Shown: in pieces, positions 46,802-56,264 of the stretch
Layout of the letters: every line of letters begins with the position of its first letter
Numbering within the stretch: position 1 is the first letter of the stretch
From: Patescibacteria group bacterium
GTDB lineage: Bacteria > Patescibacteriota > UBA1384 > CAJBMM01
Direction of reading: 5' to 3'
NCBI GenBank assembly: GCA_041660565.1
Contig: JBAZWC010000002.1
Location: 149,520 to 213,519, forward strand
DNA length: 64,000 nt
Position numbers and translations under genes: made by a program
The notes under the pieces: model-generated
What the model saw: only the letters and a program-made list of their open reading frames with translations
What the model was told of the DNA's origin: nothing
Databases searched by the model: none

Positions 46802-47869
46802 ATGATAACAAATTTAACTCTAAAAAATTGGAGATGCTACTCTGACGCTAGTTTTGACTTTGGTCAAACTACGGTAATTTTGGGACCAAACGGGGTGGGC
46901 AAAACAAACATCATTGAGGCAATTTATTATTTATCCACCGCGCGTTCGTTTCGTACTATTCATGACAAAGATTTAATCAAGGCCAAAGCGCCTTTTGCCC
47001 AAATTTCTTCGGGCCCGGTGCAAATTACTATCGTTGATGGTCTAAAAATCCAAAAACAGCTTAAAGTGCATCAAAAACCGGCGCGGATGTTGCAAATTTT
47101 AGGGGTGCAACCGTCGGTGCTGTTTACCCCGGAAAGTATGGCGCTTGCAAACGGCTCACCGAGCTTAAGACGGCTTTTTATGGATGTGGTGCTGTCCCAG
47201 ACCGATTTGGTTTATGCGCGCCAACTGATCGAATATCAGCGTGCTCTACGGCAGCGCAACTTACTACTACATCAAATTAAGCTAGGTACGTCCTCAACCG
47301 AATCGCTTAAAATGTGGGATGAGTTGTTGGTAACGTGTGCCATTCCGATTGTGCTGGCGCGTAAAAAATTTGTAAATCAGATGGCAGGCATCAACCAGTA
47401 CTATCGCCAAATTAGCCAAAGTGCCGGCGAGCTATCAGTTAATTATTTGTGTTCGATTGAGAGGCATGGGGCGGTGGTTGAAACCGAAGCGGCGCTAACC
47501 TCGCGATTTCATCAGCGTTTAATTGATCGCCGGGTAGCCGAAATGCAAAGTGCACGCACGTTGGTTGGCCCGCACCGAGACGATCTGGAAATTTTACTGG
47601 ATCAGAATTTGCTGGCGACGTTTGGCTCACGCGGGCAAATGCGCACCGCGGTAGTGGCGCTAAAGTTGTTTGAGTTTGAATATATGAAATCTCAGTCTGA
47701 TAGGGTGCCAACATTGTTGTTTGATGATGTTTTTTCCGAATTTGACTTAACACACCGCCGCCAGATGTTAGATTTGGCGCTTGGTGCTCAAATAATCTTC
47801 ACCGCCACTGATCTAAGCGGGTTAGGGGAGTTGGGGAAAGAAGTAAAGATTATAAACTTAGGGGCGTAA
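46802..47869 (+). CDS. recF: DNA replication/repair protein RecF
   Basis: GPNGVGKTNIIEAI, RSFRT, GPHRDD, GSRGQ, LLFDDVFSE. Confidence 0.95.
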   Translation: MITNLTLKNWRCYSDASFDFGQTTVILGPNGVGKTNIIEAIYYLSTARSFRTIHDKDLIKAKAPFAQISSGPVQITIVDGLKIQKQLKVHQKPARMLQILGVQPSVLFTPESMALANGSPSLRRLFMDVVLSQTDLVYARQLIEYQRALRQRNLLLHQIKLGTSSTESLKMWDELLVTCAIPIVLARKKFVNQMAGINQYYRQISQSAGELSVNYLCSIERHGAVVETEAALTSRFHQRLIDRRVAEMQSARTLVGPHRDDLEILLDQNLLATFGSRGQMRTAVVALKLFEFEYMKSQSDRVPTLLFDDVFSEFDLTHRRQMLDLALGAQIIFTATDLSGLGELGKEVKIINLGA

Positions 47870-47946
47870 GGGTGGTTTGGGAAGTTAGGGGTGTTGGAAA
47901 AGCCGATGGTCTACCAACCGCCCAAACTACCCCAACGACCCTAACC
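47857..47946. repeat. G-rich/C-rich nonamer inverted tandem repeat
   Basis: ttaggggcg taagggtgg tttgggaag ttaggggtg ... ccaaccgc ccaaactac cccaacgac cctaacc. Confidence 0.78.
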
Positions 47947-47953
47947 GTCTTAG

Positions 47954-47982
47954 TTGACAAAAACTGGCAAAAAGTGTATAAC
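47954..47982 (+). promoter_or_regulatory. Near-consensus sigma70 promoter
   Basis: TTGACA-17-TATAAC. Confidence 0.75.
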
Positions 47983-48066
47983 CTAGTCAGCTAGGTTCTT
48001 TAAGATTGGCCCAAACCGTTGGGCCATTAACCGCCTCTTGTGGGGCAGAAAGAGACAGGGCTGACC

Positions 48067-48645
48067 ATGTCTGATGACATGCTCGGCAAGGTTGTAAAGA
48101 AGCTCGCGAAGGTCCCCGAAATGTGGGGGTTGATCGACGACCTTCTGACGAAGATCGAGAATCCTGATATGCTCGCGGCCATTAAGCAGTGTTTGCGCGG
48201 GAGTAATCCTTGGCCGCGCACGCGGCGAGAACTGCTGCAGGCCTGCGCTAACGCTGGCATTTCGTTGTTTGGTGGGAGCGTTGAGTCGGCGGACCACGAA
48301 GGCCAACAGCTTCCGATCAGGGGTGATCTACCAGAGCTGCTGCGCGACTTCGACGAGGTCCTCCGATTGCAGGAACAAGGAAAATCGCCAGTCGACCCGA
48401 TCTTAGGTCAGCCTGACGATGACAACTGCCGACTGCTAAGTGTCGAAGAGACTCTCGTGGTTATTCTGGCGTGGTTTCGCAAGAACAAGCGGGCGCCGGA
48501 TAGAGTTGTTTATCTGAGGTGCCGCAACACCTGCGGCCGCGGCTTCTCGCTCCTCGTCTACTGGGGCCCCGATGACGGGCTGTGCGTCCGCTGGTACGGC
48601 AATGGCAATCGCGTTTCGGACGCCGGTGGGCTGCTCAGGGCGTGA
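48067..48645 (+). CDS. GC-rich orphan with CLec/DGR-variable-region-like C-terminus
   Basis: LSVEE..., YLRCRN...SLLVYW..DDGLCVRWY.N.NR.S..GGL; NNC-rich 3' end. Confidence 0.6.
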   Translation: MSDDMLGKVVKKLAKVPEMWGLIDDLLTKIENPDMLAAIKQCLRGSNPWPRTRRELLQACANAGISLFGGSVESADHEGQQLPIRGDLPELLRDFDEVLRLQEQGKSPVDPILGQPDDDNCRLLSVEETLVVILAWFRKNKRAPDRVVYLRCRNTCGRGFSLLVYWGPDDGLCVRWYGNGNRVSDAGGLLRA

Positions 48646-48656
48646 CGGGGGACATG

Positions 48657-48691
48657 ACGGGTGTGGTGCAAGATGCACCGCACCCGTTTTC
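48657..48691 (+). terminator. Long hairpin/terminator
   Basis: ACGGGTGTGGTGCA aga TGCACCGCACCCGT ttt. Confidence 0.7.
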
Positions 48692-48722
48692 ATTATCAAA
48701 AATAATCAGATAGAATCAAGCC

Positions 48723-48992
48723 ATGGATGACATTAAAGAACTATTACTAAAGCGGATGAATCAACATCATTTGGGTAGTGAAGCGATTGCCTCCCAAGTG
48801 TGCTACAGCATTAACCAAATTGCCGAAGGTAGATTTGAAGCCATTCGGTATAAAAATGGCGTGTTGACCGTTACAGTGCCGTCTAGCAGTGCCGCCAGCG
48901 ACCTTCAAGGTGGTATGTCGGCCTTAAAAATCAGATTATCACAAAGAGTCAGTCCGAATAGAATTATTAGAATAATTATAAAAACAAAATAA
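48723..48992 (+). CDS. dciA: DciA/DUF721 helicase-loader-like protein
   Basis: YKNGVLTVTVPSSSAASDL motif; position after recF. Confidence 0.7.
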   Translation: MDDIKELLLKRMNQHHLGSEAIASQVCYSINQIAEGRFEAIRYKNGVLTVTVPSSSAASDLQGGMSALKIRLSQRVSPNRIIRIIIKTK

Positions 48993-49095
48993 TTCCAAAT
49001 TTCCAATCAAGCCAATTTATCCAATTTGGCCAATTGGATTTTTTTTATACAGATTTCTCCAACAGCTCGACAAGGCTCGCAGGGTCGAAATGACA
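48993..49095. repeat. CCAAT nonamer repeat plus a TGTCATTTCGAC...GGAGAAATCT element (minus strand)
   Basis: ccaatcaag ccaatttat ccaatttgg ccaattgg; element at 49051-49095. Confidence 0.7.
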
Positions 49096-49110
49096 GGCTG
49101 TGGCATTGGC

Positions 49111-52100
49111 CTAGAACCCTAGGTGAACTCTATCTGTCGTTTTATCAAACCATCCCGGGCCAATTTTGGCTGGACGGGTGGTTAGGTTGCCGTAGAGCGA
49201 TGTCGAAATTGTCTCAAACAAATTTAGGTCGTTGGTATCGTACGTGCCAATTTGATTTGGTTTAAGGTTGGTATTGCGGGTGCGATCTTTCATTAACAAT
49301 AACGAACCAATTACGCGCCGTACTTCGTATTGCGCCCCCGCTTTGATCCCTTTGCGATACGAATCGTTGCTGGTGCCGCTAAACTGGTTGGGTAGTTTAA
49401 GTTGTGAATCCAAGCTGGAGCTGGCGGTGATGTTAGCCGTTTCGGTAGTCTGACTGTTTAGAGCAGTTTTGAGTGCGGCTAACGAAGCGTTAGCTTGATT
49501 GGCGTCGGCTGATCCCGAAAGCGGGTAGTAGTCGATGGCGCAGGTAACGGTGGTTTTTCCCCAGATAAAGTTGAAGAAGATAAATAATCCTAAGCTAATT
49601 GGATCGGGATGAATTAGATATTGGATTAGGTAAATTAGCGTGCCGGATTGCAATCCCAGCACTGATTCAACTTGTCCAATTTGTTTTTGGAAGATCACGT
49701 TGGCTACCGCGGCAATAATCATCGATGTCTGGGTTTTAAACTGACGCGAGGCAGAGTTCATGTTACTGCTGGCGTTATCTAACGCTTCGTTAAACGCTTC
49801 GGTGCCCATGGTGCTGGCGTCTGACAGGCTTTGCATCGCTTGCATAGAGGCGTTTTGATAGGTGGCCAGGGCAGTTTGGTATTGGGTGATGCCTTGGTAG
49901 ATGGTCATTGTGGTGCCGGATTGCATCCCTAGCGTTTTATCGGCCCAGTTAAAAGCGGCACCTTGCCACGATGTCCACAAGTTGGCTTGCAATTTGGCAG
50001 TGTCGCCACTGAATGCGTATCCAACCAGCGCTGAGCCGGTGCCCGGGGCCAGATCGATGTTGAATACTTTGTTGGTTAGTCGATCAAAGCTGGTGCCCAG
50101 TTTATCGATGCCGGTGCGGCCGCCGGCGTCTCTGGCGGTTAGTTGAGTCTCGAGCCAAGCGTCATCACCGGAATGTGAAGTAACGTAGTCGGTTAAAATC
50201 CCCAGCGTGTCGGCCGGAATGCCCATATCTTTAAGAATTGGGATGTTGTTTACCGCGTAAGACACCATAAAGTCTTTGGCGTAGCGCCAGCGGGCGGCGT
50301 CGCCGGTTAGGCTGATCGTTTTGCCGGTGATATCAACGTAGGTGTATTGCCCGCCAATTAATGCTTTGGCGAATCCGGGCTGAATGAATTTGGCGACATC
50401 ATCAGGCAACAGTTTGCGCGCCTGATAATCCATATATTTGTACGATAGATTTTGGCGGGCGTTGTTCATAAACTGACGGTTTAGAGATTCTACATCGGAC
50501 ATATAAAGTAAGGCAATGTCGCCACCGGCGGCCGCTAGCTCAGGGTGAGCGGTTGCTAGTTGGGCGTTGATGTAATCTTGCTGTGCAATCGGATCGCCGA
50601 TAATCGAATTACGGATGTCGGCGTAGGTAATGCCAGCCTCTTTCATATCAGCGGTGTTAGCCATCATGGCGGCGCCGATGTAGGTCATGCCAATGGTAAA
50701 GTGACCATTAAATAGGTTTGCCGCATCCACGCTGGTAAACCCGTTAACGTTGACTATCTTAGCCGCTTCTTCGCTTAGAGCGTTAGTGTAGTTCCCTCGA
50801 AACATCATCTGGAGCGAAACGGTGCTAATGCCGGTGATTTGCGATAGTTTGAGAGCGCCTTGATAAATTAGAGTCCGTTTAAGCTCGGTAACGTTGTTCA
50901 TATTGGCCAGCAAGTGCGAAAAAGTACCCCTGTCCCAACCGACTTGCGCGTCAACATAAGTGCCACCAAAGCCGCCGACTAAATCTTGAAACGCTTTCAT
51001 ATTCTCACCGTTGGCCAACGCGCTGATTACGTCTTTGCCGAGAATCGAATATTTATCCGGAATACCTAAAATGCTAGCCAGCTCACCCGCAATGCCATCG
51101 GTAACGGCTTTCTTGCTGGTGGCTTGAACATAATCATCGGGTGATATGCCGCCTTGCATCATCTTCAAGGTCGAACCGCTTTCAATGCCTAACGATTGGT
51201 CGATAATATCAAATCGTTTTAGGGTGACATCAGAGAAATGACCTTCCGCGCCAACGCTTGGGCCGATGGTAGAGGTTAGATAATTGTAAACAATTTGGTC
51301 GCGCTGAGATTTCATCGCATTGGTGCTGTACGAAAAACTGACTGCGTTTAGTTGCGCTTGTACCGTGCTAGGTAAAATGATGCCGTACGCGCTGGCAAAC
51401 GATTCCGCACCGGTTTTCTTAGCCACATCTAGCACGGTATTACCGTAAAATGAACTTGCGCCGAAACCAAGTGCTTGTTCGATGGTTGACTGCCCGATGG
51501 CGGATTGTACACCGGCAATCGAATTGGCGTGGGATAGATCGATGGTGTTAAGGTGAAAGACCGAGGCGACTACGTTAGTACCTAAAGCATACAGGCTGAT
51601 GTTATCTGTTCCGGTTAGCAGAGAGGTTGCCAATGCACCCACCGGCAGACCGTGATTTTTTTCGGTGATGCGCTGGCCAATACGATTTAGGACGTTATAG
51701 TACGAACCATCAATCAAATCGTAGAAATCTTGTCCGCTTAAACGATAACCGGCTACTTTGACATCAAACTGCGACGCTAAAACCGATCCGGCATTATAAC
51801 GCAATTGAGCATTGCCAATGCGTTTTTTATAATCCGCAAAGGTGATTTTGCCGTCAAATAAATCTTTAGTCGAGCCGTAGTCGATGTGGTAATAATCATC
51901 GGTTGAGCCAAGTTGAGGCGCGATTGAGGTGAGATATCCACTGTCTTTGTTCACGATTTTAGTGTAATCAACGGACTGTAATCTGAATATTTGTTGCGCT
52001 TGTGATTGGGTTAGCGCCGATTGCCAGTTGTCACTATTTAGACTACCGGTCAATAATCCGGCAATGTTCTCTAAAGCGGATTGTCCCACGCCACCAACTC

Positions 52101-54912
52101 CGCTGTTACCGTTGGCGCCAAGTAAGTTGGCGGCAAACGAAAGGGCGGTTGGAGGCAGGTTAAGGGCGGTTGAAACCTTCATCGCGCCATATTGCAAAGC
52201 GATACTGTTTAAGGCGGTCGGGTTGTTGAGTAGCGAATAAACCAGATTCGGCGTAATTTCGGAAGGATTCGAGGCTTTAGTGGCAAGGGCGGTGTACTTG
52301 ATGGTGACGGTGTTGCTACCCAGGTTGTTGTATTGGTTGCTGGGTAGAGTAACGGTGGTGCCATCGGCGCTGACACTGTAGCTGGACGGCGAAAGCGGTG
52401 CCCCTTCGCGATCGGTAACTGTAACAGACGAAACTTTAACCGCTTTGTTTGATAGATGGTAGGTCAAAGCACTGGCGTCGCTGACCGGGAACGACTCAAT
52501 GGTTTCGCTGGTTGACGGCCGAGATCTGTCGTATTGATACAACAGATTAGCTAGGTTTTGATCGCCGATTGCTTTGGTAGCAATATTGCTGAAAGTGTAG
52601 TTCATTTGGCTTTCCGCAACTTGACGAATGGTGTTTTGGCGCTGGGTGGCCGCGGTCTGGTAGTTTTTTGATGATGAAGTTGGTGCCAAAAATGATCCGA
52701 CAACACTCAAAAACTGGTTTGGTGATAGATTTGAGGTTAGACTGGCGTTGGCGGCGGAAAAATTAAACGTCCGTTTGCCGTTAATGGCATCAAACACCAT
52801 TCCGGTATTTGATAGCACCGCATTATCTTTGTAGCTCTGGCTGAAGATTTTATCTGAGCTCATTTGCAGCGACTTGGCCACGGCATCAACCCCCAATGCT
52901 ACCCAGTAATTCTTATTGCCTTTAATCAGCTCGGATAAAAATTGATTTTGCGGATATTTGTGCAGAGTGGCGCTAGGTGGCACCGGGGTGGTTCCGCCGA
53001 AAATACTAGACTCAATACGCACGTTTGTGCCGTCAGACGTGGTGTAATAACTCGGTTGATCCATCGGTAGATCATAGGCGGTGGTGGTGCTTTGATATGC
53101 GCCGTATTGGTTTAATATTGACCCGTATCCCAACGCCGCTTCGTAATCGGGCAGGCTTAAATCACCCACTACAAAACGGTACGTCATATCGTTGCGGTCG
53201 GTATTTTTAATCTGGTCGATGTACGAAATGTAACCATCACTGAAAACCGATTTATTCTCGGTGTTAGACATATCCGGGAAAAGCTGTTGATCAAAATTAC
53301 TTAAGTTAGCTTTATATTTTTGGCCCTGGGCGCTGTTCCAAAACGAACTGTTTTTATTGGTCAAATCGCCTACCGACACGCTCGTTGGGATATTCAAGGC
53401 GCCTTTGATTAAACTGCTGGCGTAGCTAGAACTGGAACCGGTTAGACCTAATTTTCCGGTAATATTGTTGATGATGGTATTGATGGCCGAATTGGCTGAA
53501 TTAGACACATCGCCCGCACCGGTGGGTAGGTGATAATAGGTTTCCAGCTTTGCTTGCCCGATGGATAGTAATACGTTTTGCGGGCTATCTAGACTACCGC
53601 GCAGGCTTTGATTTTGCAGCCCCAAGCTTTTTTCTAGATAGCGCTGGCCGGCATTGGTCATTACTTCTTCTACAGAATTACCGTTTAAACTGCCAGCGGA
53701 CAAGTTCAGATTTTTTTCCACTGATCTGAGTAAACTGTTAGAAAGTAACGTTTCGACGTTGTTTTGGCTGGTGTTAAGTGGATTAGCGGTAGTGTCGGAA
53801 GCGTTGATGTAAGGATTAAAGACGGCCGAGTTAGGTAAATCCATTAGGTCGGCTAATGCAGCATAACCAAGAGTGCGATAATCGAGTGCGGCGGTGTTAG
53901 GATCAAACGTAGATGGTTTAATGCCCATTTGATTTGCCAACAAGTTATATCCCATCATGGTAAATGCGCCTTTTAAGGCTTGAGCTTGAAAAGTGCCATC
54001 AGACGATTCAAATCCGGCCAAAAACTGGTCTAGCCCGGCAGTGGTAGACATTGAGTCATAGGTGTTGCCGAACGGTGTTTGCACATTGGCTACGCCAGCG
54101 TCGGTTTGCCACGCCACTTTGACCGGCCGCGGCGCTTGCCGAGTGATTTTAGCACCAATCCCCATTACTCCACCCGATTTAGTGGTGCACATCACCAAGC
54201 CAGCCGCGGTAATGTCCGCCGCCTGGCCTTTTTTATGCACCGTAGACACGCCGTTGGGTTCAGTCTGCGCAGAGGTGTTTACGCTCGCGGCTTCGGTAAG
54301 CGGGGCGATGACCCCTGAGATCGACTTGTAAATCTTGATGGCGGCCGAGCTGTTAGATGGGCTAGCGCTAGCACTTGGTTGTGAGCTGGGCGCGGTTTTA
54401 AGTAACGGATAACCCGGGTTGTTTGGATCGGCTGTCTCGCCGTCAAATATTACCGGATAAGCGGTGCCAATTGAATCCGGTGAGTTCTCTTCGGCGCAAC
54501 TTTTACCAAAAGTCACATAAAGGTAAGTCATACCGGCGCCGCCATTGCTTACCGGAGTAACCAAGTAGTTTAGTGATTGCAGTACGCGCTGATCAATTTG
54601 ACCCGATCGTACCAGCTGTTGATCGCACTGAGACATCCCAATTTTGGGTAAGGTCTGATTGTTGTTGCTAAAGTTGGGGCGACGCGACTGCATATCCGAT
54701 AAATTGCTGTAAATATTGGCAATGTAGTTTGCGGATAAACTAGGAGTAAAATCTTGGGTGATATCATCTTCCCCATCTCCGGTGTCTATCTCGCCCGAGG
54801 TTACAATAGTATCACCAATACCACCCTCGGCACGCGCCTGGCCAAGTTGAGCCAACGCAATTGATGGCACCATAGTCAAACAAATTAAAATATAGGTTAT
54901 GACTTTTTGCAT
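49111..54912 (-). CDS. Giant secreted protein (1933 aa) with split M15/LAS-peptidase-like motifs and helical repeats
   Basis: Signal peptide; GQIDQRVL..L, H226xxGxAxD233I; C-terminal KPNQI...DRVHLGF; recurrent [ED]xxLGxxxG[ST]. Confidence 0.75.
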   Translation of the reverse strand: MQKVITYILICLTMVPSIALAQLGQARAEGGIGDTIVTSGEIDTGDGEDDITQDFTPSLSANYIANIYSNLSDMQSRRPNFSNNNQTLPKIGMSQCDQQLVRSGQIDQRVLQSLNYLVTPVSNGGAGMTYLYVTFGKSCAEENSPDSIGTAYPVIFDGETADPNNPGYPLLKTAPSSQPSASASPSNSSAAIKIYKSISGVIAPLTEAASVNTSAQTEPNGVSTVHKKGQAADITAAGLVMCTTKSGGVMGIGAKITRQAPRPVKVAWQTDAGVANVQTPFGNTYDSMSTTAGLDQFLAGFESSDGTFQAQALKGAFTMMGYNLLANQMGIKPSTFDPNTAALDYRTLGYAALADLMDLPNSAVFNPYINASDTTANPLNTSQNNVETLLSNSLLRSVEKNLNLSAGSLNGNSVEEVMTNAGQRYLEKSLGLQNQSLRGSLDSPQNVLLSIGQAKLETYYHLPTGAGDVSNSANSAINTIINNITGKLGLTGSSSSYASSLIKGALNIPTSVSVGDLTNKNSSFWNSAQGQKYKANLSNFDQQLFPDMSNTENKSVFSDGYISYIDQIKNTDRNDMTYRFVVGDLSLPDYEAALGYGSILNQYGAYQSTTTAYDLPMDQPSYYTTSDGTNVRIESSIFGGTTPVPPSATLHKYPQNQFLSELIKGNKNYWVALGVDAVAKSLQMSSDKIFSQSYKDNAVLSNTGMVFDAINGKRTFNFSAANASLTSNLSPNQFLSVVGSFLAPTSSSKNYQTAATQRQNTIRQVAESQMNYTFSNIATKAIGDQNLANLLYQYDRSRPSTSETIESFPVSDASALTYHLSNKAVKVSSVTVTDREGAPLSPSSYSVSADGTTVTLPSNQYNNLGSNTVTIKYTALATKASNPSEITPNLVYSLLNNPTALNSIALQYGAMKVSTALNLPPTALSFAANLLGANGNSGVGGVGQSALENIAGLLTGSLNSDNWQSALTQSQAQQIFRLQSVDYTKIVNKDSGYLTSIAPQLGSTDDYYHIDYGSTKDLFDGKITFADYKKRIGNAQLRYNAGSVLASQFDVKVAGYRLSGQDFYDLIDGSYYNVLNRIGQRITEKNHGLPVGALATSLLTGTDNISLYALGTNVVASVFHLNTIDLSHANSIAGVQSAIGQSTIEQALGFGASSFYGNTVLDVAKKTGAESFASAYGIILPSTVQAQLNAVSFSYSTNAMKSQRDQIVYNYLTSTIGPSVGAEGHFSDVTLKRFDIIDQSLGIESGSTLKMMQGGISPDDYVQATSKKAVTDGIAGELASILGIPDKYSILGKDVISALANGENMKAFQDLVGGFGGTYVDAQVGWDRGTFSHLLANMNNVTELKRTLIYQGALKLSQITGISTVSLQMMFRGNYTNALSEEAAKIVNVNGFTSVDAANLFNGHFTIGMTYIGAAMMANTADMKEAGITYADIRNSIIGDPIAQQDYINAQLATAHPELAAAGGDIALLYMSDVESLNRQFMNNARQNLSYKYMDYQARKLLPDDVAKFIQPGFAKALIGGQYTYVDITGKTISLTGDAARWRYAKDFMVSYAVNNIPILKDMGIPADTLGILTDYVTSHSGDDAWLETQLTARDAGGRTGIDKLGTSFDRLTNKVFNIDLAPGTGSALVGYAFSGDTAKLQANLWTSWQGAAFNWADKTLGMQSGTTMTIYQGITQYQTALATYQNASMQAMQSLSDASTMGTEAFNEALDNASSNMNSASRQFKTQTSMIIAAVANVIFQKQIGQVESVLGLQSGTLIYLIQYLIHPDPISLGLFIFFNFIWGKTTVTCAIDYYPLSGSADANQANASLAALKTALNSQTTETANITASSSLDSQLKLPNQFSGTSNDSYRKGIKAGAQYEVRRVIGSLLLMKDRTRNTNLKPNQIGTYDTNDLNLFETISTSLYGNLTTRPAKIGPGWFDKTTDRVHLGF

Positions 54913-56261
54913 GATGCTACCTTTAATCTGGCAATAGTGTCGAGTATTTTGCTGTAACTTTTTGAGACTGTGGGATTGTGGCTACCGATTGAAGCGGCAG
55001 CGATCTGGCCATTGCCGATGTAAAAACCGACATGCCCGTATCCTCCGCCTACTTTCTTACCGTGCGAGTCGTATCTGATGGGGCTTTTGCCAGATCGGTA
55101 AAGTAAATCACCCTGGGCAAATTGTGAGTAAAAATCGGACCCGGACTTTGAGAAATCAACCTTAATTACTTCATAGCACGCTGTTTGTTGTTTGACGTAT
55201 AAATACTGATCGTAAGCGACACCAGTGAGGTTATCGTCAGCGTCGGTCTCGTGCATCACGCGAATGGCAAATGAGTTACAAGCGGTTTTATCACTAACAT
55301 CGCAAGTTGCGTATTTTTTAATTCCTTCCGGATCCGAGGCGTAATATCGAGCCAACTTAGCGATTTTTTGTCCGATTTCACTGGCTGGCACGCCACCGTA
55401 TCCCCAAATGTTTAGTTGATTAATATCATCCATCATTGCGATCAACGATTTTTTATCCACATCTGTGTCGTTGCTGGAGTAGGTAGCTAGTCGAGTGGAT
55501 AGATCGGTTAGCTTGTCTAGCGCAGCTTGATCTGGTTTTGGCCGTCCGGTTGGGGGATTGTTGGTGGCGGCACTTTGGGCGCTTTTGATTACATCGAGAA
55601 TGATTTGTTTACTGGCCGCGTCTAACTGACGGCGCGAGATTATATCCCCGGCATTCATTAAGGTGATGGTTTTTTCAGACGAGGCACTGGCTTGTTTAGG
55701 ACTACTGCCACCGTTTATTGAGACGGCGATAGCAATTGCGATCGCAATAATTATTAGTATAACCAGAAAAATAATCGCTGATACCGGATTTGCAAATAGC
55801 GCCATCGCCCCTCGCGCCACTCCTTGCCCGACTAACTTAACTCCCTGAGCTACGACTTTTGTTGCTTCAGTAGCGGCTTTTCCCGCTACTTTACCCACTT
55901 GCCCGGCGGCTTTACCGGTTTGGCTGGCTACTCTGGTGGTCTGCTCGGCCGCTTTACTGGCTTGGCTGGCAACTTTGGCTGATGCTTCAGTTGTTTTACC
56001 AACTTTGCCTACCGAGGAAGCCTCTGCCGTACTTTCCGGGCTATGCAAAAATCGATTAAAAATTGACTGACGCGGATTTACATCGTCATTAATGCCTTTA
56101 CTGGGAGTGCCGGTTGGGTTGCGGTTAATTGGTTTAAGGCCGGCTTGCTGGGCTTGGTCGTACCGGGTTTTCTGATCATCAGCATCGACAGCGCCAACCT
56201 CGCCCGTTGGTATTTCGGGAGTAACTTCATCGTCTACTATGTCAAAGTTTGGGTCTGGCAT
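54897..56261 (-). CDS. Membrane-anchored NlpC/P60(CHAP)-like peptidoglycan hydrolase
   Basis: Ala/Lys-rich N-terminus, TM, then CNSF, GDLLY, GHVGFYIGNG. Confidence 0.75.
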   Translation of the reverse strand: MPDPNFDIVDDEVTPEIPTGEVGAVDADDQKTRYDQAQQAGLKPINRNPTGTPSKGINDDVNPRQSIFNRFLHSPESTAEASSVGKVGKTTEASAKVASQASKAAEQTTRVASQTGKAAGQVGKVAGKAATEATKVVAQGVKLVGQGVARGAMALFANPVSAIIFLVILIIIAIAIAIAVSINGGSSPKQASASSEKTITLMNAGDIISRRQLDAASKQIILDVIKSAQSAATNNPPTGRPKPDQAALDKLTDLSTRLATYSSNDTDVDKKSLIAMMDDINQLNIWGYGGVPASEIGQKIAKLARYYASDPEGIKKYATCDVSDKTACNSFAIRVMHETDADDNLTGVAYDQYLYVKQQTACYEVIKVDFSKSGSDFYSQFAQGDLLYRSGKSPIRYDSHGKKVGGGYGHVGFYIGNGQIAAASIGSHNPTVSKSYSKILDTIARLKVASCKKS

Positions 56262-56264
56262 ATT

